Positions 9,008-17,893 are shown, counted from the first letter of the stretch. The stretch: DNA of 64,000 nucleotides from Treponema sp. (GCA_031276965.1 JAISMC010000051.1:2427-66426); one strand, 5' to 3'. Notes: generated from the letters alone by a model not told the origin. A program made the numbers and translations.

Positions 9008-9120
9008 AATTACGCTTCCGGCTTGGCTTTACGAAGGGCCCTGGGCTTCCTGGGGGCCTTTTTAAGGCTTTTAGGTCTTCCTGCTGCCTTGACAGGTTTC
9101 CTTAATCTCTTTATGCCTTT

Positions 9121-9396
9121 AGAACTTATCCCTAAATAGCGGAAGACATTTCTCCAATGAACCTCCCCGCCCTGAAGGGCGGGGGATCTCGTAAGCGTTA
9201 CATCGTTTACGAGGTTCGTTCTGTAAGGAAATTATTTGACCGTGGGGCCTACTACCATTTTTTGTTAGCGTTGCTCATTTTAACCGCCCTGAAGCTCCCC
9301 CGCCGAAAGGCGGGTTCTTGGGTATTAGACCCCATGCGAATGAGCCTCTGCGGAGCTCTGCTCCGCGGAGGCTCATATTATTTAGGGATAAGTTCT
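9121..9396. mobile_element. MITE-like 276-bp element with perfect 18-bp terminal inverted repeats
   Basis: AGAACTTATCCCTAAATA (9121-9138) is the exact reverse complement of TATTTAGGGATAAGTTCT (9379-9396). The interior carries family-1 repeat units (9155-9177, 9284-9344) and a 17-bp-stem hairpin (9340-9376). There is no credible ORF. Confidence 0.55.
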
Positions 9397-9425
9397 TGGT
9401 CTATATAATACAAAGATTTACTAAA

Positions 9426-9497
9426 AGGCGCCGGGCGGAATCGAACCGTCGCATAAAGGTTTTGCAGACCTCTCCCTTACCGCTTGGGTACGGCGCC
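9426..9497 (-). tRNA. tRNA-Cys (anticodon GCA)
   Basis: Manual cloverleaf on the minus strand: acceptor GGCGCCG/CGGCGCC, anticodon stem GAGGT/ACCTT with loop CTGCAAA, T loop TTCGATT. There is one A-C mismatch in the T stem. Confidence 0.85.
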
Positions 9498-9505
9498 GTA
9501 TGATG

Positions 9506-9535
9506 TTAAAAGGCGTATCGGAATCCGCCTTTTAA
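9506..9535 (-). terminator. rho-independent-type terminator after the ECF S-component gene
   Basis: TTAAAAGGCG-N10-CGCCTTTTAA is a 10-bp perfect stem flanked by A and T runs, so it could act bidirectionally. Confidence 0.6.
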
Positions 9536-9551
9536 TAGCAGGCTGAATATA

Positions 9552-10217
9552 CTAAAAATCCTGCCTTTTGTCCAGTCCGGCTTGTCCGGCGGATTTTTCC
9601 GCCTCCCGGGTCAGCCGGGATTTGCCGCCTCTCCGGGGTATACGCTTCCACGTCAGGACTACCGCCAGGGCGATGGCCGCAGCGATGCCTGCCTCGACCG
9701 GACCGTTGGTTATGCCTACTGCCAGGGCAATTGGGAAGGTAACTTCCGGTACGAACAGTACCAGCGCCGAAAGGACCAGTACTGTGTTGACCAGGGTTCC
9801 CGTAACAGCGGCGGCGGCAACTCCGATGGACTCCCTCAATACATGGGGCTTAAACCCCGCAGGATCTCCGGATTCTGCCCTTGAGGTCCCGCTGATAAGG
9901 GCATATACCGCCCAGGCGGCGGGTCCAATCAGAATCCGGGGTACGATGGCGATAAACGGATAATGAAGAAAGGCTAAATCCACGGGACTTACCGCCAGCA
10001 GGGCGGCCTGGATTATGCTGAAAATGCCGAAAAGAAGGCCGATAAAGAGACCCGTCAAAGGCCCCTCAAGGATCGCTCCGATAATCACCGGCACATGGAG
10101 TATGGATATGGCCCCCAAGGGAAGAAGGATAAACCCCAGCCCGGTAAGACCAAGTACTATCACCACCGCCGACAGAACTCCGGCAATGGCTATTTTTCTA
10201 ATACGGCTGGTTATCAC
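9552..10217 (-). CDS. ECF transporter S (substrate-binding) component; start re-assigned to GTG 10217
   Basis: About 220-aa polytopic membrane protein of S-component type. GGAG-N6-GTG at 10217. The 21 upstream codons of the track ORF coincide with a non-coding repeat box (10242-10280). Confidence 0.7.
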   Translation of the reverse strand: MITSRIRKIAIAGVLSAVVIVLGLTGLGFILLPLGAISILHVPVIIGAILEGPLTGLFIGLLFGIFSIIQAALLAVSPVDLAFLHYPFIAIVPRILIGPAAWAVYALISGTSRAESGDPAGFKPHVLRESIGVAAAAVTGTLVNTVLVLSALVLFVPEVTFPIALAVGITNGPVEAGIAAAIALAVVLTWKRIPRRGGKSRLTREAEKSAGQAGLDKRQDF

Positions 10218-10241
10218 AGTACGCTCCTTTCCGGCAGTTAA

Positions 10242-10280
10242 GCTAATTCCAAAACCCGGTTGGTTTTGAAACGGCATCAA
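10242..10280 (-). repeat. palindromic box family 2, copy R1 (in S-component leader)
   Basis: The minus strand reads TTGATGCCGTTTCAAAACCAACCGGGTTTTGGAATTAGC. A 20-nt block, GCCGTTTCAAAACCAACCGG, is identical to 57700-57719. Confidence 0.7.
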
Positions 10281-10325
10281 TTGATAATTGGAAGACCGAG
10301 AGTCATTCCTATTATTTCCTTAGTA

Positions 10326-10354
10326 TTTATACGAATAATAGGGGTTTTTGTAAA
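10326..10354 (-). promoter_or_regulatory. sigma-70-type promoter for the S-component gene
   Basis: Minus strand TTTACA-17 nt-TATAAA, located in the 177-nt gap after the EcfAAT gene. Confidence 0.5.
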
Positions 10355-10394
10355 GATCCCTGGCCGCGTGGGGTATGGCCGCCGGTTTCAACTT

Positions 10395-13079
10395 TTAATC
10401 CACACGCTTGGGATGACGGGCGCCGTTTCCGGTCTTCTTTGAAGCGGCCGGATAAAGCCTGAGCGTCATCGCCTTAGCCAGCGTTTCGGACCGTTCCAGC
10501 GCCCGCAGCAGCAGGGGAACCACCATGGTCATGGCGGTTCTGATGCGGCCTTTTCCGCTGCCCCTGGATAACTGGGCCGTTACTATCCGCTCGGCCTCTC
10601 CGGTCAGCGCCGGTATAAAACGCAGGGCAATGCCAATGGCCAGAGCTATGTCTCCGGCGGGTATCCCCAGCCGGGAAAGGGGGGCAAGTCCCCGTTTAAC
10701 CGCATTAACCGATGCCTCCAGAGTGGTTACCGCAGTATAGAGAGAGAGCAGCGCCATGAGAGCCCCCAACCGGCAGAACAGAAAGATGATCCTGAGGACT
10801 GATCCGGCGGTAAAGGAAAAAGCCCCCAGGGTAAAGAGGACTCTGCTGGTATCCTGGGGCCGGGGAAAGAACAACTGGATGAAGAAGATGAGGCCGATAT
10901 AGGGCAGCGCCGGAATCATTCCCCGGAGCAGGTGTCCGGGTCCCGCCTTTCCCGCCAGGGCTCCGGCGGCAAGTACCAGAATCAGGACCCCCAAGGGGAA
11001 AAAGGGAGGAGGCCCCGCAATGGCGAGGATTCCCAACAGAAAGAGCAGGCCTATCTTTTTCCCCGTCCCCAGCCGCTGCAGCAAAGAGGGCCTGTTCAGA
11101 TATTGACCGAAACCAAAGTTCCTGAAAAATTCCAATCCCGTCTTCCTGCGGCCCCTGCGCGGACGGGGTTTGCCGGAAACCGGCGAAACTAAGCCTTCAA
11201 TCCGGCCTGTTCCGGTCCCCGGACCGCCCCGGATAGTTTTGCCGTATTCTTCCGTCCCTGTACAGGCTCCATTAGCCGGAACGGCATCGCCGGAGCCGCT
11301 CAACAGAGCCGCCAATTCCTCTGCGGTAAGGGGAACCTTTCCCGGCGGAATCATCCCCGCCTCCGCCAAGGTCCTGGCCGCTGCCACAATCCAGGGCAGG
11401 TCCAAGCCCCACGAGGATTGCCAGCTTGCGCCGAAGATCTCTCTGGGGGGGCCGAAGGCGGCAAGGCGGCCCTTCACCATAACGCCTGCCAGATCAAAGA
11501 ATACGGCCATATCCATGGAATGGGTGGAACTTACCACGGTTTTTCCCGCCCGCCGCAGCTCTTTTATCAAATTGAGGATCATCTCCCGGCCTTGTCCGTC
11601 CAGGGCCGCCGCCGGTTCATCCAGCAGAAGGATCTCACTGTCTATGGCCAGCACCCCCGCCAGGGCGGCCCGCCGCTTCTCCCCTCCCGAAAGGGCGCCG
11701 GTTTCCCGGTCGGCAAACTGTTCATAGGGTAGCCCCGTCTCCGCCATGGCCCGCCTTACCCGGACGGACAGATCCTGTCCGGCAAGGCCGGCGTTTCGGG
11801 GACCATAGGCCACATCGTCGGCCACATAGGTTTCAAAAAGGGCGCTCTCCGGGTTCTGAACCGCCAGGGCCGCCTTAGAACGCAGATTCCGGAGATTCGT
11901 TTTTCTGTCCAGGGTATCTTTTCCAAAGACCAAGACCCGGCCTTCGGTGGGGAGCAGCAGGGCGTTGATATGCTTCAGCGCCGTCGATTTCCCCGAGCCG
12001 CTGGCCCCGATAAGAACCACCGAAGCATTCCGGGGGATACGGCAGATGCACTCCGAAAGTCCCGCTGCGGCAAAGGGAGTCCCCCGGAGATACTCGTGGG
12101 AAACGGCATCGAATTGAATGACCGGACCGGTCCCGTTATCAAAGGAACAGGGCCCATCCGTTTTACCGCTTCCGGGGAAATTCCCCGCCGCGGGTTCTGT
12201 GGAAACAAGGCCCCGCTCCTCCCCGGCGGAACAGAACCGTATCAGACTACGGACGGTTTCGGCGGGTTCCAGGGAAGACGCGGAAAAACCTGGGTAAAGC
12301 TTTGAAAAGAGCCGCAGGGCCTTGAGCGACTCGGGAAGCCGGAACCCCCACTCCTCCAAAGAGGGCGACGCCGCTAAATCCCCGGGGCTGCCGTCAAAGA
12401 CCAGGCTCCCCCGGTACAGTACCAGACAGCGGGAAGCCCGGAAGGCATCCCGGAGAGAGTGGGTAACGTGGAGTATGGTCTTCCCCAATGCGGAAAGGGT
12501 ATCCAGCAGGTCAAGTACAGTTTCCCGGCCCCGGGGATCTATCATAGAAACGGCTTCGTCCAGGGCGATTACTTCGCTCTCCATGGCCAGCGCCCCCGCC
12601 AAGGCAAGGCGCTGCTGTTCACCGCCGGACAAAAACCGGGGGGCCCGGTTCCGGAGTTCCTCAAGCCCCGTAATTTTGAGGGCCCTGTCCAGGCGGCGGC
12701 GGATCTCATCCTCCGGGAGCCCTAAATTTTTCGGACCGAAGGCAACATCCTCCTCCACCACGGCGGCCACGATCTGGTCCTCCGGGTTCTGCATCACCGA
12801 AGCTACCCTGCGGCGTATCCTTTCCAGATCTTCTCCCTTGGCCGGGTCCAGAATTTCATCATCATCATAAACCGAAACCGAACCCGGAGACGGGACGCAG
12901 AGGCCGTTAATACAATTGAGGAGGGTACTCTTTCCCGAACCGTTGGCTCCAAGAATGGCCGTATACGTCCCGGTATGGAAATCTACGCTCAGATTCCGCA
13001 GGGCCGGGGGGGAAGCCTTGTCGTAGAAATAGGAGAGGTTCTGTACCCGGATACAAAGTTTATTCACCCGTTCATCCAA
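10395..13079 (-). CDS. fused ECF transporter energizing module EcfA-EcfA'-EcfT (two ABC ATPase domains plus T component)
   Basis: Walker A GANGSGKST with LSGGEQQRLALAGAL, then GASGSGKST with LSGGEKRRAALAGVL. The C-terminal ~250 aa is polytopic with EcfT/CbiQ-type coupling motifs (IALRFIP...AQLSRGSG). Confidence 0.85.
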   Translation of the reverse strand: MDERVNKLCIRVQNLSYFYDKASPPALRNLSVDFHTGTYTAILGANGSGKSTLLNCINGLCVPSPGSVSVYDDDEILDPAKGEDLERIRRRVASVMQNPEDQIVAAVVEEDVAFGPKNLGLPEDEIRRRLDRALKITGLEELRNRAPRFLSGGEQQRLALAGALAMESEVIALDEAVSMIDPRGRETVLDLLDTLSALGKTILHVTHSLRDAFRASRCLVLYRGSLVFDGSPGDLAASPSLEEWGFRLPESLKALRLFSKLYPGFSASSLEPAETVRSLIRFCSAGEERGLVSTEPAAGNFPGSGKTDGPCSFDNGTGPVIQFDAVSHEYLRGTPFAAAGLSECICRIPRNASVVLIGASGSGKSTALKHINALLLPTEGRVLVFGKDTLDRKTNLRNLRSKAALAVQNPESALFETYVADDVAYGPRNAGLAGQDLSVRVRRAMAETGLPYEQFADRETGALSGGEKRRAALAGVLAIDSEILLLDEPAAALDGQGREMILNLIKELRRAGKTVVSSTHSMDMAVFFDLAGVMVKGRLAAFGPPREIFGASWQSSWGLDLPWIVAAARTLAEAGMIPPGKVPLTAEELAALLSGSGDAVPANGACTGTEEYGKTIRGGPGTGTGRIEGLVSPVSGKPRPRRGRRKTGLEFFRNFGFGQYLNRPSLLQRLGTGKKIGLLFLLGILAIAGPPPFFPLGVLILVLAAGALAGKAGPGHLLRGMIPALPYIGLIFFIQLFFPRPQDTSRVLFTLGAFSFTAGSVLRIIFLFCRLGALMALLSLYTAVTTLEASVNAVKRGLAPLSRLGIPAGDIALAIGIALRFIPALTGEAERIVTAQLSRGSGKGRIRTAMTMVVPLLLRALERSETLAKAMTLRLYPAASKKTGNGARHPKRVD

Positions 13080-13090
13080 TCCGCAACGGG

Positions 13091-14452
13091 CTAATTCCTA
13101 AAGCTGTGGATCGGCGCGGGAATACGGCCGCCCCGGGCGATAAAGGCGCTGCTGCCGGCGCTGTTCACCGCCATGACCGGAGCGCCCCCCAAGAGGCCGC
13201 CGAACTCGGCCCAGTCCCCGGCCTTTTTCCCCGGCACCGGAATAAGCCGCGCCGCGGTGGTTTTGTTGTTCACCATCCCTATGGCCATTTCGTCGGCGAT
13301 TATGGCGGAGATGGTGGCGGCGCTGGTATCGCCGGGAAGGGCGATCATATCAAGCCCCACGGAACAGACCGAAGTCATGGCCTCCAGTTTGTCCAGGCCG
13401 ATAGAGCCGGAACGGACCGCGGCGGTCATGCCTTCATCCTCTGAAACGGGGATAAAGGCCCCCGAAAAGCCCCCTACGTGGGTAGACGCCATGACCCCGC
13501 CCTTCTTGACCATATCGGTGAGCATCGCCAAGGCCGCGGTGGTCCCATGGGTTCCCGCCGCTTCGAGGCCTAATTCTTCCAGGATACGGGCCACCGAATC
13601 CCCCGCTTCCGGGGTGGGAGCCAGGGAAAGATCCAGAATACCGAAGGGAACTCCCAGCCGCCGGGCCGCCTCCATCCCCACTAACTGGCCCATCCGGGTA
13701 ATCTTAAAGGCAGTTTTTTTGATGATGTCGGCGATTTCGTCAAAGCCGGCGTCCCGGTGGGATTCAAGGGCGGCCTTGATTACCCCCGGCCCGGAGACCC
13801 CCACGTTAAGACAGTTTTCCCCCTCGCCGGGGCCGTGAAAGGCGCCGGCCATAAAGGGATTATCCTCGGGGGCGTTGCAGAGCACAACCAGCTTGGCGCA
13901 GCCCAGACCGTCCCTGTCCGCGGTCTTTTCCGCAGCGGCCTTGACGATCTCTCCCATGCGGCGGACCGCATCCATATTGATGCCGCTCTTGGTACTGGCC
14001 ACATTCACCGAAGAACAAACCCGGTCCGTTACAGCCAGCGCTTCGGGAATAGCCTCGATGAGCTTGAGGTCGCCTGTAGAAAAACCCTTCTGTACCAGGG
14101 CGGAAAAGCCTCCCACAAAATCAACCCCCAGTTCCTTGGCGGCGCTGTCCAGAACCTCGGCGTAGGGGGTATAGCCGGCGTCCCCGGAGGATGCGGCAAT
14201 CAGCGCGATGGGGGTAACTGCCAGCCGTTTGTTGATGATGGGAATACCGTACTCCGCCTCGATGGACCTGCCTACGGAAACCAGGGGGCCCGCGGTCCGC
14301 AGCAGCTTTTCCCGTATCCGCCTGCGGGTTTCCTCTCCGGATGCGGCGGCGCAGTCCAGCAGAGATACCCCCAGGGTAATGGCCCGTATATCCAGCTTAT
14401 ACCGGAGAAACATGTCCACCGTTTCTTGTATCTCAAATGGCGTAAACAGCAT
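13091..14452 (-). CDS. UPF0210 (DUF711) family protein
   Basis: 453 aa. The N-terminus ([25 protein letters not shown]) and length are typical of UPF0210, and it is adjacent to an ACT-domain UPF0237 partner. Confidence 0.8.
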   Translation of the reverse strand: MLFTPFEIQETVDMFLRYKLDIRAITLGVSLLDCAAASGEETRRRIREKLLRTAGPLVSVGRSIEAEYGIPIINKRLAVTPIALIAASSGDAGYTPYAEVLDSAAKELGVDFVGGFSALVQKGFSTGDLKLIEAIPEALAVTDRVCSSVNVASTKSGINMDAVRRMGEIVKAAAEKTADRDGLGCAKLVVLCNAPEDNPFMAGAFHGPGEGENCLNVGVSGPGVIKAALESHRDAGFDEIADIIKKTAFKITRMGQLVGMEAARRLGVPFGILDLSLAPTPEAGDSVARILEELGLEAAGTHGTTAALAMLTDMVKKGGVMASTHVGGFSGAFIPVSEDEGMTAAVRSGSIGLDKLEAMTSVCSVGLDMIALPGDTSAATISAIIADEMAIGMVNNKTTAARLIPVPGKKAGDWAEFGGLLGGAPVMAVNSAGSSAFIARGGRIPAPIHSFRN

Positions 14453-14461
14453 GGGACGGTC

Positions 14462-14731
14462 CTAAATGCGGTGCATGGCGCTGAACACCTGCTCATGCAT
14501 CACGCTGATAGATACGCCCATGGAAGCGCCCAGTTGTGCAAACTCTTCCTTGATCGCCCTAAGGTCTCCGCTGCTCCGGGAAAGATCCACCATCATCATC
14601 ATTACAAAATTACCGCTCAATATGGTCTGGCTTATATCTTCAATATTGATATTCCTCTCCGCCAGAAAAGCGCTGACCTTGGCGATGATACCCACCTGAT
14701 CGGTACCCACCACGGTGATAATTGCATTCAT
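14462..14731 (-). CDS. ACT-domain protein (UPF0237 family)
   Basis: 89 aa. MNAIITVVGTDQVGIIAKVSAFLAERNINIEDISQT is a typical ACT fold sequence. Confidence 0.8.
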   Translation of the reverse strand: MNAIITVVGTDQVGIIAKVSAFLAERNINIEDISQTILSGNFVMMMMVDLSRSSGDLRAIKEEFAQLGASMGVSISVMHEQVFSAMHRI

Positions 14732-14741
14732 AATTCCCCCG

Positions 14742-15857
14742 TTAGTCGTGTTCTATTTTGTGTTCCGTAAGGAAGAGATCCAGGACCGTAAGAAAAAGGA
14801 TCACCACCATGGGACCCAGTACAAAGCCGTTAAAGCCGAAGGTCCGCATGCCTCCGAGGATGGCGAAGAAGATGATCAGCGGATGCAGCTGGATGCGGTT
14901 CTGCAGAAACATGGGACGCACAAAATTATCCAGGGTTGAAATAAAGATCCCCGAAACAATCAGAAAAACAACGCCCCCAGCCACATTACCGTTGATGATC
15001 CGCGCTATTCCCAGGGGCAGCCAGATTAGGCCGCCGCCGAAGATGGGGATAAAAACACTGACCAGAGTAAGCCCCGCAAATACCAGGGCGCCCTTAATGC
15101 GGAAAATAGTAAAAATAATATAGGCCATCACCGCCTGAACGATGGCCACGATGATATAACCAAAAAAGAGGTTCCTGGTGATGTCCTTAAACTTGCCCAC
15201 CAGTGCGGAAATATACTCCTTCCTGATGGGAATGGCATGGAGGAGAAGCCGGGAAAGGTAGGTCCCGTCCATGTAAAAGAAAAAAAGGCAGAATACCATC
15301 AGGACCAGGCTTAACAAAAAGGAGCCCACATTCCGGGCAAGGCCGCTGCTCATCTGTACCAGGTTCTGAAGGCTCGAACTGAGGGTTATCAGAATCCTTC
15401 GCTGAATGTCCCCGGCGCTGATCACGATCTGATCCGAGGTCAGATCCCGAATCAGATCGGATAATTTTTCGAAGATGCCGGTCAATGTACCCGGATTGAC
15501 AGAGAACAGGTACCGGGCAGTACGGATCAGATCCACCACCTGCTGTAAAAATTGAGAGGCCATAAAAAAAAGGGGAATCAGAATGATCACCACCGTACCC
15601 AGGGCAAAGACAGCGGCCCAAAAATTCCGCAGCAAGGCTCCCCTGGTTTTGGAAAAATCAATCTTTTTAACTATACGGTGGTGCAGGGGACTTAACAGAA
15701 TATAGAAAAGAGTGGACCAAAGCAAAACCGTAAAAAAGGGCGCAAAGAGCCGGCACACCACCAGAAAAAGCGCCACGAGGATAACCGCAAAGACATAGTT
15801 CTGAACAGTTCTGGGGGGCGGCGCTTTTTTGGAAGATGGGGAATCGCCGCCGTTCAT
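14742..15857 (-). CDS. AI-2E family (PerM/UPF0118) transporter
   Basis: 371-aa polytopic membrane protein with the C-terminal pattern LDNFVRPMFLQNRIQLHPLIIFFAILGG. Confidence 0.8.
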   Translation of the reverse strand: MNGGDSPSSKKAPPPRTVQNYVFAVILVALFLVVCRLFAPFFTVLLWSTLFYILLSPLHHRIVKKIDFSKTRGALLRNFWAAVFALGTVVIILIPLFFMASQFLQQVVDLIRTARYLFSVNPGTLTGIFEKLSDLIRDLTSDQIVISAGDIQRRILITLSSSLQNLVQMSSGLARNVGSFLLSLVLMVFCLFFFYMDGTYLSRLLLHAIPIRKEYISALVGKFKDITRNLFFGYIIVAIVQAVMAYIIFTIFRIKGALVFAGLTLVSVFIPIFGGGLIWLPLGIARIINGNVAGGVVFLIVSGIFISTLDNFVRPMFLQNRIQLHPLIIFFAILGGMRTFGFNGFVLGPMVVILFLTVLDLFLTEHKIEHD

Positions 15858-17734
15858 AGTCCCGCCAGAATCTTTTGGGCTTCCGCCCTGCCGGAATAAT
15901 TGGGATTTTTAGTCAGCAGGTTCCGGATGATGCGCTTTGCCGAATCGGCGTCTCCCAGGCTTGCATAGATTTTTCCCAGTTCCAGAAGGGCATCCCAGTT
16001 GTCCGGAACAATACGGACCAGGTCCTGGTAGGTATCCCTGGCTTTTGACAGATCTCCCGCTCCCACGCAGGCCCGGGCAAGGTTAAGCCGCGCCGGGACG
16101 CTGTTGTAATCCAAAGCCACCGCCTTCTCGTAGTACTCCATGCTCCGGGACCAGTTCTCCTGCCGGGCATAAACCGCCCCCAGGTTATTGTTTACCTCGA
16201 AGGAACCGGGCTCTATGCGATAGGCGTCCAGCAGGGTGTTCAGGGCCTCCTGGGTATAGCCGCTGCTGAGGTAAAGGCTGCTCAGATTGATCCGGGGCCG
16301 CACATACTGGGGATCCATGGAAACAGCCTTATTGTAAGATGCGATAGCCCCCTGAAAATTCCCCGCCGCTTCATAAGCAAGGCCCAGGGTATAACAGTAG
16401 AGCTTGTCGGCGGGAGCGGTTTCGGCAGCCTTTCTGGCATAACTTACCGCTTCATCCCCCTTATCCAGGGCAATCTTGACCACGGCCATATTGTAATTGG
16501 TCTGGTCGTCATTGGGGGCGGTCTGAAGCGCCCTGGTAAAAGATGTTTCTGCGGCGGCGTATTCCCCGAGGGCGCTCTGGGCGGCCCCCAGTTCCCGCAA
16601 TGCGGCGGTATCGTTGGGGCTGTACTGAAGGGCCTCAATAAAGGCGGTAATGGCCCCCTGGTGGTCTCCCTTGGATGCCAGAACCCGGCCTATTTCCCGG
16701 TGGGCTACGGCATAACCGGGCTTTACCCTGACCGCCCGGCGGAAAGCTGAAAGGGCCTCATCGGATCGCCCCAGGGCCCGGAGAGTTCCCCCAAGGTTAT
16801 ACCAGGCAGGCTCAAAGTCAGGGTTCAGGCCGGCAGCGGCCTCAAAGCAGCGCCGGGCATCGGCAAGATTTCTATTATGAAAATAAGCCCTGCCCAGATC
16901 GTAGGAGTAGAGGTAATTATCCGGTTCAAGCCGTACCGCCTCCTTTAATTCGGCGGCGGCATTGTCCCACTGTTGAAGATCCCGGTTCAGTCTGCCCAGG
17001 GTATAGTGGGGGAGCGCCAGGGAGGGATCTTTCTCCGCAGCCCGCCGGGCATAGGAAGCCGTTTCCCGGACGGCCTCCTGGCTGTCAGAACCATTAGGAT
17101 CCCGAACATAGGCGTCGTAGTAGATTCCGGCTATATTAGTACAGGTCTGAGCCTCAAAACGGCTCTCCCCCGGGGGCAGCCGGGAAAGGGCCTCCTGAAA
17201 ACTGGCGGCGGCGGCCCGATAGTCCCTCTGCTCCAGCGCGGCCCGTCCCTGGGAGAGGAGATCATTTACCGCCTGCATTTGGGCCTGTATTGCCTGGGAC
17301 CGGCTGGCCAGTTCCGCTTCCTGGGCCTTGCGGCGGGCCGCTTCGGCCTTGGCGGCGGCCAGGGATTCCGCTGCGGCATCCCCGGTTTCCGCCGCCGCCT
17401 TTTCTGCAGAATCCGCCGCCGGGGTTTCCTTTGCGGGGTCAGCGCCGGCTATGTCCAATTGGCCGCCGCCTTGGAGCAGCTTAAGGGCTTCGCCGCGCAG
17501 AGCCTGGGCCTTCTTGTCTTTGATATTCTCGATCAGCAGCATGTCTAACAAATCCAGGGCCCGCTGATACTCGCCCCGGTCAATATAGTCCTGGGCGATG
17601 GTAAGGGTATTGGCACGGGCCGCCGCCGCGCCGCCGCTTTTTTTCGCAAAAAACACGATGCCCGGCACCAGGGCGGCCGCAAAAATACCGGCGCCTATTT
17701 TAAGCAAAAGTCCCTTACCCATGCTGCCTCTCAT
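15854..17734 (-). CDS. TPR-repeat protein with N-terminal membrane anchor
   Basis: 626 aa with many 34-aa TPR units (W..LG..Y...G.Y..A...F..AL...P). Its stop overlaps the AI-2E start by 4 nt. Confidence 0.8.
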   Translation of the reverse strand: MRGSMGKGLLLKIGAGIFAAALVPGIVFFAKKSGGAAAARANTLTIAQDYIDRGEYQRALDLLDMLLIENIKDKKAQALRGEALKLLQGGGQLDIAGADPAKETPAADSAEKAAAETGDAAAESLAAAKAEAARRKAQEAELASRSQAIQAQMQAVNDLLSQGRAALEQRDYRAAAASFQEALSRLPPGESRFEAQTCTNIAGIYYDAYVRDPNGSDSQEAVRETASYARRAAEKDPSLALPHYTLGRLNRDLQQWDNAAAELKEAVRLEPDNYLYSYDLGRAYFHNRNLADARRCFEAAAGLNPDFEPAWYNLGGTLRALGRSDEALSAFRRAVRVKPGYAVAHREIGRVLASKGDHQGAITAFIEALQYSPNDTAALRELGAAQSALGEYAAAETSFTRALQTAPNDDQTNYNMAVVKIALDKGDEAVSYARKAAETAPADKLYCYTLGLAYEAAGNFQGAIASYNKAVSMDPQYVRPRINLSSLYLSSGYTQEALNTLLDAYRIEPGSFEVNNNLGAVYARQENWSRSMEYYEKAVALDYNSVPARLNLARACVGAGDLSKARDTYQDLVRIVPDNWDALLELGKIYASLGDADSAKRIIRNLLTKNPNYSGRAEAQKILAGL

Positions 17735-17893
17735 TCATTGTGGGGTCCGGTATCCAAGAACCCCCTCGCGGGGGAATCCCGGGCTGACGGCGCCGGTAAA
17801 AAGCGGCAATAGACCCCGGAATTAAACAATTCCCTGTTTATGCTGTTCATCAAACTGTTTTCAAAATCTGATAATTTGAAAATGTTTCCGTTT

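Noticed and set aside
9157-9408. 83-aa ORF inside the MITE-like element, and 9318..9503
   Set aside because: Its ATG belongs to the conserved repeat head CAATGAACC. The ORF runs through hairpins and repeat units and has no RBS. The second ORF overlaps tRNA-Cys.
10218-10280. 21-codon N-terminal extension (MMPFQNQPGFG...) of the ECF S component
   Set aside because: These codons coincide with the family-2 box that is also found in non-coding DNA at 57695-57732. A GTG with a GGAG RBS follows at 10217.
10218-10325. A riboswitch in the ~100-nt S-component leader
   Set aside because: The sequence does not resemble any riboswitch class I can recognise by eye (TPP, FMN, preQ1, THF, cobalamin, biotin/BirA operator). 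Only the family-2 hairpin is evident.
13106-14770. Plus-strand ORFs (13173..13838, 13757..14770 and others) across the UPF0210/ACT genes
   Set aside because: They are antisense shadow ORFs in about 65 % GC DNA. The products are Arg/Gly/Pro/Ala-rich and lack domains. The minus-strand genes have convincing family signatures.
17598-17625. TGGCAC-containing sequences elsewhere (17606-17611; also TGGCAT at 3216-3221, and at 40041-40046 on the minus strand) as extra sigma-54 promoters
   Set aside because: The -12 position lacks GC at the required spacing, and the sites lie inside coding sequence or in the wrong orientation.
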